Shown here: positions 27,710 through 36,880 of the stretch, in pieces
How the letters are laid out: each line of letters begins with the position of its first letter
How positions within the stretch are numbered: the first letter of the stretch is position 1
Assembly: GCA_009691355.1 (NCBI GenBank)
Contig: SICW01000002.1
Location: 1-36,880 of the forward strand
Reading direction: 5' to 3'
Source: Candidatus Woesearchaeota archaeon
GTDB lineage: Archaea > Nanobdellota > Nanobdellia > SCGC-AAA011-G17 > GW2011-AR17
Length of the DNA stretch: 36,880 nt
Program-made: the position numbers and the translations under genes
The notes under the pieces: generated by a model
Databases searched by the model: none
Told to the model about the DNA's origin: nothing
Seen by the model: the letters and a program-made list of their open reading frames with translations, nothing else

Positions 27710-28273
27710 CTAAGGCCTTTTCCAATTCACTTCATAAAAAGTACAATCCGACTCTTCATCAACAACAGCGATTAAAAGACGTTTTCTTGTAGAATGCGCA
27801 ACTCTGTTCTTTGCTGAGAACTCGAACCAAGTAAGCATACTTGTTTCTGCTACTGGATACATAATCCATTTTGCATGGTCATCACCTGGCTTTACACCTC
27901 GATCATAAATACGAAAATCTGCACCAAATTTTAAAGCCGTTTTGACAATATATCCACGATTGCGCATGTCTTTAAATGCAGCATAACGTACAAATAAATT
28001 TGCCTCGGTTTTTACTGCAAGCTTCATGAGCTGGTCAAAAGAAAGCTCTTTATTCCCTTTCAGAAGAGTCATTTTTCCTCTTTCTAAAAGATATAATGCT
28101 TCAACTAAAGAATACTGGAATTTCTTTTGCAAAGGTTCTCCGTATCTACTTTTATCATAGAATTCTCTACTTGCTTCATTAGCTTCTGCAAGTACTTTTC
28201 CATCTAGGTATTCAGCATTAATTTTTTGTTGAATATCTAGTTCTACAGGAGCTTCCTTTGGCTTCTTTTCCAT
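27710..28273 (-). CDS. endA: tRNA-intron (splicing) endonuclease
   Basis: SLVEALYL, RGYIVKTALKFGADFRIY (catalytic Tyr), DDH (His), RVAHSTRK (Lys). ATG at 28273. Confidence 0.93.
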   Translation of the reverse strand: MEKKPKEAPVELDIQQKINAEYLDGKVLAEANEASREFYDKSRYGEPLQKKFQYSLVEALYLLERGKMTLLKGNKELSFDQLMKLAVKTEANLFVRYAAFKDMRNRGYIVKTALKFGADFRIYDRGVKPGDDHAKWIMYPVAETSMLTWFEFSAKNRVAHSTRKRLLIAVVDEESDCTFYEVNWKRP

Positions 28274-28293
28274 AGTGGGTTTGAACGGCAAAG

Positions 28294-28301
28294 TATTTAA
28301 A
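28294..28301. promoter_or_regulatory. TATA box shared by the divergent endA and rnz genes
   Basis: TATTTAAA on plus and TTTAAATA on minus, 21-23 nt from both ATGs, with purine-rich BRE-like runs on both sides. Confidence 0.55.
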
Positions 28302-28323
28302 AAGCTTTTCTTTTAAAATATAT

Positions 28324-29214
28324 ATGGAAGTAATACTTTTAGGCACAAGCTCAATGGTTCCTACAGAAGAGAGAAATCACTCTGGAGCGTGGTTACGGTA
28401 TAAAGAAGAGAATATTCTCATTGATTGTGGAGAAGGGACACAAAGACAAATCCGTAAAGCAAAAATTTCTGCAATGAAAATCACAAAAATTCTTATTACC
28501 CACTGGCATGGAGACCATATTCTTGGACTCCCAGGTTTGTTTCTTACTTTAGGATCTCAGGGTTATTCTACCCCTTTAGAGATTTATGGGCCTAGAGGAT
28601 CAAAAGAGTATGTTCAAAGAATAATGCAACTCTTTGTCCCAAGGGAAACGATTCAATATAAAGTTATTGAAGTTGACAAAGGAACATTTTTTGAAAATGA
28701 AGAATTTACTCTTATAGCACTTCCTCTTCAACATAGTATAAGCTGTCTGGGATATAGTTTTGTAGAAAAGGATAGAAGAAGAATTGACATGAAAAAACTC
28801 CTGAAAGCAGGAGTAAAGGCTGGGCCTCATTTGAAACAACTCCAAACTGGAGAAGATATCCTCTTTGAGGGTAAGAAAATAAAAGCAAAAGACTATACCG
28901 CACTCGTTGCTGGCAAGAAAATTAGTTTTGTTACTGATACATTATCTTGTGAACATGCAGTTCTTCTTGCCAAAGAAGCGGATATTCTTTTTTGTGAATC
29001 CACCTACTTAGAAGACCTGAAAGAAATGGCAAAAGAAAGAAAACATATGACCGCACGAGAAGCTGGACTTATTGCAAAAAAAGCAAAGGCAAAGAAACTC
29101 GTTCTCATTCATTTTTCTCAAAGGTATACAGATCTTTCTCTCTTTAGCAAAGAAGCAAAGAAAGTTTTTCCTAATACTATTGCTGGAAAAGATTTACAGG
29201 TTTTTACTGTTTAG
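28324..29214 (+). CDS. rnz: Ribonuclease Z
   Basis: LGTSSMVPT..RN, DCGEGTQ, THWHGDHILG, GP exosite, TDT, CESTY, HMT, HFSQRY. Confidence 0.95.
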   Translation: MEVILLGTSSMVPTEERNHSGAWLRYKEENILIDCGEGTQRQIRKAKISAMKITKILITHWHGDHILGLPGLFLTLGSQGYSTPLEIYGPRGSKEYVQRIMQLFVPRETIQYKVIEVDKGTFFENEEFTLIALPLQHSISCLGYSFVEKDRRRIDMKKLLKAGVKAGPHLKQLQTGEDILFEGKKIKAKDYTALVAGKKISFVTDTLSCEHAVLLAKEADILFCESTYLEDLKEMAKERKHMTAREAGLIAKKAKAKKLVLIHFSQRYTDLSLFSKEAKKVFPNTIAGKDLQVFTV

Positions 29215-30082
29215 AGGTATGTTCTTTATATCTTTCAAATACATAAAGACTAGACCAAAGGTCAATAGCTATTTTTAGAATTTGGCCAAATATAGCCCAG
29301 GAGATAGTTATGATTGTTGCAAAAAAAATACTTACTAGAAAGGAGAGGGTATAATTCATGGCTGCATTTAGGACATAGACTATACCTGCAAAAATTACCA
29401 AAAGAATAATTGTAATCAGTGCTGTTGTAAAAACAAACTGTGCGTCCTTTCTTAAAATAGCACAGGATTCTTTTAATACATTTAATGGATTTTTTCTTTC
29501 TTCTAAAAACATCGTTGGGTAACGAAAGAGAATTGCAACTTTAAAGAGTACTGCTAAGCATAGAGCTATAACAATCGTTAAAGTAACTGCAACTCCCTGA
29601 GCCAAATCTTGAGCTAATATGAGTAAACAGAAAAAATAGACTATCACCCCAATAAGAATCGATAGAAGAAGAAGTAGAATACCGCCTACAAAGAGACTTA
29701 CGCGCAGGATTACTACTGGCCAAAAATATCCTTTCTTTTCTTTCCAGACTATTCTCAGAGAAATCTTTTCTCCTCTTACTAACTCTCGAAACATCACAAA
29801 CTTGAACACAAGGGTTGTTGCTCCAAATATAAAGGTTACAAAAAAAAAGGCGGCAGCTGAAATAATGAGCTCCTTCCATCTCTCTGAAAGAAAACCAGTA
29901 ACACCACTCCCAGAAATTCCCTGTGCAGACTGTAATAAGCCCCATAAATCTGCAGCTCCCGTATACCAATACACAAAAAGAAGGACTAAAGATAGCAGAA
30001 AGGACATCACTAAATCCGGAAGAAATAATACGGGATTTTTCCATATATTTAGAAAGCTTTTATTTAGAGCATTTGTTTGCAT
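29204..30082 (-). CDS. Multi-pass membrane protein of unknown function
   Basis: About six hydrophobic helices. Confidence 0.7.
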   Translation of the reverse strand: MQTNALNKSFLNIWKNPVLFLPDLVMSFLLSLVLLFVYWYTGAADLWGLLQSAQGISGSGVTGFLSERWKELIISAAAFFFVTFIFGATTLVFKFVMFRELVRGEKISLRIVWKEKKGYFWPVVILRVSLFVGGILLLLLSILIGVIVYFFCLLILAQDLAQGVAVTLTIVIALCLAVLFKVAILFRYPTMFLEERKNPLNVLKESCAILRKDAQFVFTTALITIILLVIFAGIVYVLNAAMNYTLSFLVSIFFATIITISWAIFGQILKIAIDLWSSLYVFERYKEHTSKQ

Positions 30083-30106
30083 TGATGATATCTTATCTTT
30101 GAGAAT

Positions 30107-31234
30107 TTAAATATCTTTTGTAGTCTCTTTTTTTCGGATTAACTCTACAATTGCTTCGCTATGTGGAGTTTGAGGAAATAAATCAAATAGGGCACAGCTT
30201 TTTATTTCGTATTCCCTTAACTTTGGAAGATCTTTTCCTAATTGTTCTGGATTGCAGGAGATATAGATGATACACTCAGGTTTCTGTTGATTTAATGTTG
30301 CTATAGTCTTTTGATCCATCCCTGTACGAGGAGGATCTGTGATTACAAAGAGTTTGGTCTTTACTTCTACACGAGAAAGCTGTTTTGCATCAAGAAGAAG
30401 GGTCTTTACATTTTTTGCATTATTTTGTTCAGCATTCTTCTTTGCTTGTTCCATTGCTTCCTTAACACTTTCAATCACAATTATTTCTTTAAATCTTTCT
30501 GCACTTGTAATCCCAAAAGTACCAACTCCCCCATACAAATCTAGAAGAGTTGTATTCTTTGTATCGTATTTCTCTAGAAGCTCTTTTACGTACATTTGCA
30601 TTTTCTCTGCCATTGCATGATTGTTTTGGAAAAAACCTTGAATGCTGTGAGAGAACTCTTTTCCGAGAAATTCTGTTTCTAAAGTATCCTTGCCTTTTAC
30701 TACAAAATACTCTGAAGAAATACTCACATCCGAGTTTGCTGGTACACGTGTAACTAAGATGTTCTTAACTGTAGATATTTTTGCAAAGTCTTTTACTTTT
30801 TCTATTGATTCTGCAAGCTTGGAAGAACCACTGTTGAGAACAAAGGAAATAGAGGAGTCAATAGGGGTTGTACGAATAACTGCATAACGAAAAGTTCCAC
30901 TATGACGTTTTACATCAAAGGCGTCACAATTTGAGAATGAATGTTGTATTTCCTTCATCAGCTCATTAATAGCTTTCTCTGCTATAACACATTGTTCAAT
31001 AGGGATTATTCTGTCCCACTGCCCTTTCTTTCGTAAACCTAAGCCTTGAGGCTGAAAAATAAAATCCATACGATTTCTGTAAAAATATTCTTTGCCTGAG
31101 AAAACAGTTATGTCTGAGAATTTTGTTACTTGAGAAAGCATTCTCTTTTTATTTTCTACTTGTATAGCATAGTCTATATGTTGTGCTGTACAGCCACCAC
31201 AGCTTCCAAAATATTGACAAAGAGGTGTTGCCAT
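30107..31234 (-). CDS. RNA (uracil-5)-methyltransferase, RlmD/TrmA family, with Fe-S cysteines and no TRAM domain
   Basis: CQYFGSCGGC, YRNRMDF, GFFQNN, DLYGGVG, DPPRTG, YISCNP, DLFPQTPHSE. Confidence 0.92.
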   Translation of the reverse strand: MATPLCQYFGSCGGCTAQHIDYAIQVENKKRMLSQVTKFSDITVFSGKEYFYRNRMDFIFQPQGLGLRKKGQWDRIIPIEQCVIAEKAINELMKEIQHSFSNCDAFDVKRHSGTFRYAVIRTTPIDSSISFVLNSGSSKLAESIEKVKDFAKISTVKNILVTRVPANSDVSISSEYFVVKGKDTLETEFLGKEFSHSIQGFFQNNHAMAEKMQMYVKELLEKYDTKNTTLLDLYGGVGTFGITSAERFKEIIVIESVKEAMEQAKKNAEQNNAKNVKTLLLDAKQLSRVEVKTKLFVITDPPRTGMDQKTIATLNQQKPECIIYISCNPEQLGKDLPKLREYEIKSCALFDLFPQTPHSEAIVELIRKKETTKDI

Positions 31235-31264
31235 AGGCTTTTTGTTTTTATTTTGTTTAAGAAG

Positions 31265-31948
31265 TTATCTGTATTTTTCTCTTTGGGGATTGTATGCTTT
31301 CCATTTTGCAAAAGAAGGAATAGAACTTGGGGCAGTGACAAATGGAAGATCTCCCCTTATTAACGGTTCGTACTAATCCTTACTTTTGAGAATACGATTT
31401 CCAGAGGTAAAGTGCTTTATTTGTACTTTGCTCTTTTCCCTAGGAACAGGATCCCCTCTTAAAGAAGGAACCTCAAATACAAGATCATCATAGAAAATAT
31501 TCTTTCTACTGGAAAAAAATCTGGGATTATTCCCACTTATATCTAGTCTTTCTTTCACATCTATGAGGGATACAGTCAAAAAATCAAAAGAAAAAGCTAT
31601 AGCTTCTGGAGAAAGTTCTCTTTCTTTTCCTAGCTCTTCAAAATCACTAAACATAAGTCTCTCATCAGCATCTAAAACTAAAATCCAATCTGTAGTTACA
31701 TCCCGTATAGAAACGTTTCTTGATGGCCCATACCCCTCAAAAGGATGATCTAAAACATCAAGATGTGCATATCTTTTTTTTGCATCCTCTAAATACTGCC
31801 TTGTTCCATCAATAGAACCTGTATCTACAATGATTGCTTTTTCCATAAAAGGCACTGTACTTTCCACAAAGTCTCGTATCCCTCCTGCAGGATTTATTAT
31901 CTCATCACGAACAATTGCACAGAGTGTTGTGTCTCTTAGTATATTCAT
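31265..31948 (-). pseudogene. Glycosyltransferase family 2 interrupted by an in-frame TAG at 31373-31375
   Basis: IVRDE, VDTGSIDGT, RN, WILVLDADE, IKHF. The frame stays open for 35 codons after the TAG, to a TAA at 31265-31267. Confidence 0.65.
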
Positions 31949-32008
31949 ACTATTTTAGTCTAAGATCCCTTTAAGAATCTTTTTATACCTTCCTTCTCTT
32001 TCTTTTTT

Positions 32009-32563
32009 ATGAAAATTTTTCTCCAAGATACGAAAAGCATTGCAAAATCTCTCTTAGGTATGTATCTTGTTCATGAATCCCCTGAAGGAAAAACTGTTGG
32101 GAAAATTGTAGAGACAGAAGCATACTTGTGGAATGACCCTGCAGCACACTCTTTCTCTGGCAAGACAGAACGAAATGCTCCTATGTTTGGAAAACCAGGT
32201 ACAACGTACGTGTACTTTACTTATGGGATGCACTTTTGTTTTAACGTTGTTACAGCAAAAGAGGGTATTGGGGAAGCTGTGCTTATCCGTGCGCTTGAAC
32301 CAATAGAAGGTATAGGGCTTATGAAACTACGAAGAAGAGTAGAAGAGTTACATCAACTGTGTAATGGGCCTGCAAAACTTGTACAAGCAATGGGTATTCA
32401 GAAAGAATACAATACACATTTTCTTTTAGATAAGCCATTATATCTTCAAGAAAGAAAAGAAAAGATAAAAATTGTTTCAACTACAAGGATTGGGATTAGT
32501 AAAGCAACAAAAAAGAAGTGGCGATTTTATATTAAGGATAATCCATTTATTTCAAAAAAATAA
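32009..32563 (+). CDS. mpg: DNA-3-methyladenine glycosylase (MPG/AAG family)
   Basis: [47 protein letters not shown]. Confidence 0.93.
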   Translation: MKIFLQDTKSIAKSLLGMYLVHESPEGKTVGKIVETEAYLWNDPAAHSFSGKTERNAPMFGKPGTTYVYFTYGMHFCFNVVTAKEGIGEAVLIRALEPIEGIGLMKLRRRVEELHQLCNGPAKLVQAMGIQKEYNTHFLLDKPLYLQERKEKIKIVSTTRIGISKATKKKWRFYIKDNPFISKK

Positions 32564-33493
32564 CTATCCAAGATGCAGTCTTTCATTGAGAATTTTTTCT
32601 AAATCTTGAGGAGAGATTTTACTTCCTGTTTTCCTTGGAGAACCACCAATGGTGTCACTTCCTGCATGCCTATTTCCCTCTGAAATCCCACAGGGATCTA
32701 TTTTATTTAGAAGAGGATAGAGACGGAGTATAGGAAAATCTACCCATGCAGATCTTCTCCCGTACATATATCGCCATGTTCCATTTCCATTATCAAAAAA
32801 AGACACAAAGGCATTAATGCCATCATTATACAAAGACATTCTTGCAGCTGGACCATTTTCTTTTACCAGAGCCCAGCTCTTTCCTCCACCAACCCTTTTA
32901 TACTCTCCTTCTAAAACACTTTCTTGTGCATCATCAATGACATACTTGTCTATCCTTGCATGTACCGACTCCATAATTGTTTTCATCCCTTGCGCATTTA
33001 AACCACTGAGTCTTCCTTCAAAACGAGCTCTTGTATACGGATCAAAAATCCAAGCCATTTTTCTTCTCATGGTAATATCTCCAAAGGGATAAGCACCTGC
33101 AGTACAATCCAAACGATCCTCCACATATACAAGACGATTTATTTTTGGATTTGCATGACCACGAATTTGCTCAAAATGCATCAACTCCCAGGATGCGAGG
33201 CAGGTATCTTCATCAGGGTCATTCACGAAAATTTGGGTAGTAGGTACTCCATCTTTTCTAAATCTATCAAAGAGATTTAAATTAATTTCCATATGAACCT
33301 GATCAGAAGTAGAACGTGTTGCAATTCTATCTACACCTGAATGATGATCATAATTTGCGTATGGACCACGATGGTCTCTTCTTGTTGGAGCATTGACAAA
33401 ACCATCAAGTGCAATAGAAAATGGAGCTTTAAATTTTTTAAAATCTCTCCAAGAATAGACTACACCGGGCTCAACGAAAAGTCCTATTGCCAT
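32564..33493 (-). CDS. Hypothetical protein with DHH-like phosphoesterase motifs
   Basis: ALDG, NYDHH, NDPDEDT, and C-terminal AGSDTIGGSPR. Confidence 0.5.
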   Translation of the reverse strand: MAIGLFVEPGVVYSWRDFKKFKAPFSIALDGFVNAPTRRDHRGPYANYDHHSGVDRIATRSTSDQVHMEINLNLFDRFRKDGVPTTQIFVNDPDEDTCLASWELMHFEQIRGHANPKINRLVYVEDRLDCTAGAYPFGDITMRRKMAWIFDPYTRARFEGRLSGLNAQGMKTIMESVHARIDKYVIDDAQESVLEGEYKRVGGGKSWALVKENGPAARMSLYNDGINAFVSFFDNGNGTWRYMYGRRSAWVDFPILRLYPLLNKIDPCGISEGNRHAGSDTIGGSPRKTGSKISPQDLEKILNERLHLG

Positions 33494-33547
33494 ACAAAAA
33501 GAGTTTTTTAGTCTTCTTTATTAAGCTATCTAAGCTGAACTTTTTCT

Positions 33548-34899
33548 TTAGAATAGAACCGAATCAAGATTATTCTCCCAATTCTCTTTTTCTGTCCTAT
33601 CTGCCATCTCCATTATTGCTGCATAAGGAAGGAGCTTTGCTGATGTAGTCGTGCTAGGATGCGACCAATCTTCAATAGTATTCCAATCTGAAGGTTGAGT
33701 ATTCGCATCATTGTCTGGACTTATACTTGTAAACCCTACATCCTGAATATAACTCTCATCTGGATTTAGCCTTACCCAGATACCTGCACTTGTAAAACCA
33801 TCATATGCTTGGTGAATATGGGGCTTATCTTTTACGGTTTGTACATGGTCATCTACACCAAAGAGCAGTAAGACTTTGAGATTGGGGATATTTGTGCCTA
33901 ACTCCTCATAGTTATTTATTGTTTCTCTGAAAGGCCAGTCACGCTGTGTTTCTTCTTCTGTTGCAAGACTTGCTGGCCAATTGGTATCAGTCAATGCCCC
34001 ATTTTCTTTCAATGCTGCAGTTAACCCCCTAGAATAATAATCTTTGCCAAACATTGTGGGTGTTTTTGTTCCTAAAGCAAAATCTCCACTATCATCTATT
34101 CCATTTCCGTTTATATCAAAATAAGGTTTTCCAAGATCAAAATCATATTGTATTGTTGAAAAATCTAAGGAAATTTCTTTTGAGGAATAATCTTCAGGAT
34201 AAGAATACAAAGGATTGTATACAGGTGTTTTTTCGTTCCAATATCCTAGTTCTAAGGGATATAAAATATCTGAAGTAGGGTTTTCTCTACCTACAAACCA
34301 TTGTACATTTAATTCATCTCCATAAAGTGCAAGCACATTTGTTGCTGCAATGCCTGGATGAGAAAAGGCATACAAGCCAAAATTATCTTTTGCAATTTGG
34401 ATTTCACTGAGATCTTGTATTGTATTTCCATTGATATCTTTCTTGTCTCCAGATGCAAATTTAATAACATCACTTAGTGGGGCGATAGAATTCTCACCAC
34501 CATAGTCATACTCTCCTTCACTCTTTGCACCTGAGGGATCTGACAGGCCTGGCCAAAGATAGGTGACGTGTACAAAACCATGTTTTGTAGCATCTGTGAA
34601 TTCAGTATCAAAGGTTTTCTCACCAGGTGTGAAAAAGGTTGAGATATAAACTACTACAGGTGCACCAGTATCATAGCGTTCTTCTTCTGGAAGTGTTACT
34701 TGTACAGCAATATCTCTCCATTTGAATCTACATAAGTGATAAAACTTTGCCCAGGAGCAGTTTTCTCTGTTGTTTGCTCATTCGTGTCCTTATTCTGTTT
34801 TTCAATTGTACAATCCTTTCCAGAGCAAGAAGAATCAGTAAATACACTACATGAGGAAAGAAGCAGAAGAGCTAAAAGAAGTATCAACCTTTGTTTCAT
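33548..34899 (-). pseudogene. Frameshifted lipoprotein alpha/beta-hydrolase
   Basis: Lipobox-like LLLLSSC. A frameshift at GGAGAGAT (~34712-34719) joins the two ORFs. The downstream frame DIAVQVTLPEEERYDTGAPVVVY...GLYAFSHPG...DDHVQ...H is continuous. Confidence 0.7.
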
Positions 34900-34920
34900 A
34901 GATGATTGTAGCATAGAGAT

Positions 34921-35646
34921 CTATAAATATTTTTCTCTTTTATACTCTTGTAAGGCTCGTTTTGCAAGAAAAGGATCTGTTTTTAGAACTGAATGTATCT
35001 CTGAAAGATGGACATCACTATTGATTATATTTTTGTAGAAACAAATTGCTTCATGTGTTGCTTTCATTTCTCTTACTTTCTCTGCAAATTCTTGCCAGCT
35101 TGTTAGAGGGGTTATTTGTTTCTCCATTTCTTTGCTAACTTTTTCATGTGTATTCCAATCCCTTTGCAGAAAAAAGAGTTGTATTGGTAACTCTGTAAGA
35201 TCCAGGAGTTTTCCTAATGTATCATCAATCATTGCACGAACAAAAAATTTAGCACAAAGATCTTTCTTTGACTTATCACTTGTTCCATATATTCTTGTTA
35301 TTGGAAGTTTATGCTTTTGAATAAACTCTCTACAGGTTTTTACTCCGATAGGCTCACGGTAGGTAATAATGAGGAAATCAAAGCCTTCTTTACCTAACTG
35401 GTCTAAAATTTCTTTACATTGAGGGTCAAGTATGTATTCATCTGTATGCTCTGCCATAACTTTATCCATGAGCTGTTTGTACATCACAGGACCAAGAGGA
35501 TAGGTTGCCTTCATACATGTTTTAGGACCTATGTCCATCTTATGGTAAAGCCTTGCATACTTTATTTTTACAGGCTCGCCTATTGCAATGCAACCATCAA
35601 AGTCTAAGGCTATGGACATTTTTTGTGCAAGATGATTCTTGGGCAT
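34921..35646 (-). CDS. HAD-superfamily NT5C-like nucleotidase with C-terminal extension
   Basis: IALDFDGCI, ITYR, K, MIDDT, RDWN, LTSW. Start uncertain; the ORF extends to 35664. Confidence 0.7.
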   Translation of the reverse strand: MPKNHLAQKMSIALDFDGCIAIGEPVKIKYARLYHKMDIGPKTCMKATYPLGPVMYKQLMDKVMAEHTDEYILDPQCKEILDQLGKEGFDFLIITYREPIGVKTCREFIQKHKLPITRIYGTSDKSKKDLCAKFFVRAMIDDTLGKLLDLTELPIQLFFLQRDWNTHEKVSKEMEKQITPLTSWQEFAEKVREMKATHEAICFYKNIINSDVHLSEIHSVLKTDPFLAKRALQEYKREKYL

Positions 35647-35725
35647 AGAATTTTCTAAGGACAAGAAAGATTATAAACTTTTTCAGATTGAGAAAGCTTA
35701 TAAAACCCCCTAAAAAAAAGAGTGT

Positions 35726-36307
35726 ATGAGTTTGCTTTCTCTGCTTTGTGGATCTGCTCTTGCAGCAACCCCCTTAGATCATAACCCCTATGTTACCTAT
35801 GCTTCTGATAGTACTATTCAACATGTTGTTGGGGATGCAAAGAGACCAACGATTGTTTTATACGCACCATCCTGTGAAAAATTTAAAGGAAATAAGGTAA
35901 TAGAACGAAAAATGGATCTTACGTTACGTGCTTTTGGCATATCTGCAACTAGATTTAAAGATGAAATACAACATGGGCAAGTACAATTTGTGTATTTTGA
36001 TTCTGAGTTCTGCCTTACTGATGGGCATGACATGGACTGGCTAGATCGACATAATACCTTGGAACATGGGCTTGAGGGATTCCCCACCTTTGTGCTTTAT
36101 GGTGGGAATATGGATGCACCTCTTTCCTTAAGAGAGATAACCCGACTTGAAAAAGGAGTAGATAAGAGGAAGAACCTTGCAGGATTTATAAACGGCTTGA
36201 GTTTTCTCGTTACTCATGATCTGATTCTACGTGACACCATCTATGAATTCACTGATAATGGTACACTTCAGCCTATAGATCCAAATACGATTAAAGAAAC
36301 TAATTAA
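35726..36307 (+). CDS. Exported thioredoxin-fold-like hypothetical protein
   Basis: Signal-like N-terminus, IVLYAPSC (single Cys), GFPTFVLY (cis-Pro-like motif). Confidence 0.45.
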   Translation: MSLLSLLCGSALAATPLDHNPYVTYASDSTIQHVVGDAKRPTIVLYAPSCEKFKGNKVIERKMDLTLRAFGISATRFKDEIQHGQVQFVYFDSEFCLTDGHDMDWLDRHNTLEHGLEGFPTFVLYGGNMDAPLSLREITRLEKGVDKRKNLAGFINGLSFLVTHDLILRDTIYEFTDNGTLQPIDPNTIKETN

Positions 36308-36728
36308 TAGAAATAAGCTTTATCTTGAAGTTGAGAGCCTCCCCTGCAAGAGGGTGGTTTAAGTCTACAGAAATATCTTCTTCTGTTACCGCTATAATCT
36401 TTGCTTCTGCTTGCACTCCATCAGAACGAACAAGGCCCATGATCATACCTACCTGAGGTTCTCTATCCTTGGGAAGACTGGCTTTTGGAATTTTACGAAT
36501 CAACTGAGGATTTGCTTCTCCATATGCTTCTGCAGCAGGGATGTGGATATCTTTCTCTTCTCCTACCTTCATTCCCAGAACGCCTTTATCAAATCCTTTA
36601 ATAACTTGACCAGAACCAATTGTAAACTCTAAGGGATCACGCCCTTGCGAACTATCAAAGACTGTGCCATCATCTAATGAACCTGTGTAATGTATTTTTA
36701 CCTTCTCTCCTTCTTTCACTGTTTGCAT
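36300..36728 (-). CDS. slyD: FKBP-type peptidyl-prolyl isomerase with IF domain (SlyD-like)
   Basis: VKIHYTG.L.DGTVFDSS, GQVIKGFD, AYG, DLNHPLAG..LNF. Confidence 0.9.
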   Translation of the reverse strand: MQTVKEGEKVKIHYTGSLDDGTVFDSSQGRDPLEFTIGSGQVIKGFDKGVLGMKVGEEKDIHIPAAEAYGEANPQLIRKIPKASLPKDREPQVGMIMGLVRSDGVQAEAKIIAVTEEDISVDLNHPLAGEALNFKIKLISIN

Positions 36729-36859
36729 GTGTACTCCTTCTCGTAATAACCGTCTTTACGAATAGGTTTTGGATTTCTCACTCCTTTATATTATTTTTTA
36801 TTTATTTCCCAAAAAGGATAACGAAACATATATATACTTTTTGTATCTTATATACGAGT

Positions 36860-36866
36860 GAGGTGA
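36860..36866 (+). promoter_or_regulatory. Shine-Dalgarno site for a gene starting at 36871 (runs off the window)
   Basis: GAGGTGA lies 4 nt before ATGGTTAAAG; CGAAACATATATATA promoter-like element upstream. Confidence 0.6.
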
Positions 36867-36880
36867 TATTATGGTTAAAG

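Noticed and set aside
27710..28273. LKFG instead of LKYG in EndA suggesting loss of the catalytic Tyr
   Set aside because: The catalytic Tyr is the one in FRIY, ten residues before the His, and the Tyr-His-Lys triad is intact.
31373..31375. Amber recoding (pyrrolysine or alternative genetic code)
   Set aside because: TAG terminates other intact genes here (e.g. udk, DUF488, endA), and no pyl genes or suppressor tRNA are in the window.
1..36880. CRISPR array, IS/transposase, rRNA, prophage structural genes
   Set aside because: No regularly spaced repeats, transposase motifs, rRNA-like segments or virion genes were seen by eye.

Overview
AT-rich, densely packed archaeal chromosome segment. 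Alba, ribosomal protein S17e, tRNA splicing endonuclease EndA and BRE/TATA promoters with mostly leaderless genes show it is archaeal. The gene mix suggests a DPANN lineage such as Woesearchaeota (inference). The left ~6.7 kb is an accessory region at a tRNA-Val(TAC). It holds a 5'-truncated radical SAM remnant abutting the tRNA promoter and a ~1.8 kb integrase-less cassette (nucleotidyltransferase plus APH-like kinase) bounded by a 24-bp repeat of the tRNA 3' end. It also holds a HIT fusion protein and a compact topoisomerase IB-like enzyme carrying tyrosine-recombinase-type PHxxR and LGH motifs, which is the best candidate for a novel system. The rest is mostly housekeeping or salvage genes: DEAD-box helicase, class II LysRS, tRNA-CAU, uridine kinase, Kef-type antiporter, Trm11-like methylase, PfkB kinase, EndA and RNase Z, RlmD/TrmA, MPG and SlyD-like PPIase. 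There is also a 1689-aa LamG surface protein, a regulator/39-aa peptide/pseudo-peptidase module, and two genes broken by single lesions. All protein calls come from motif recognition by eye; no searches were run.
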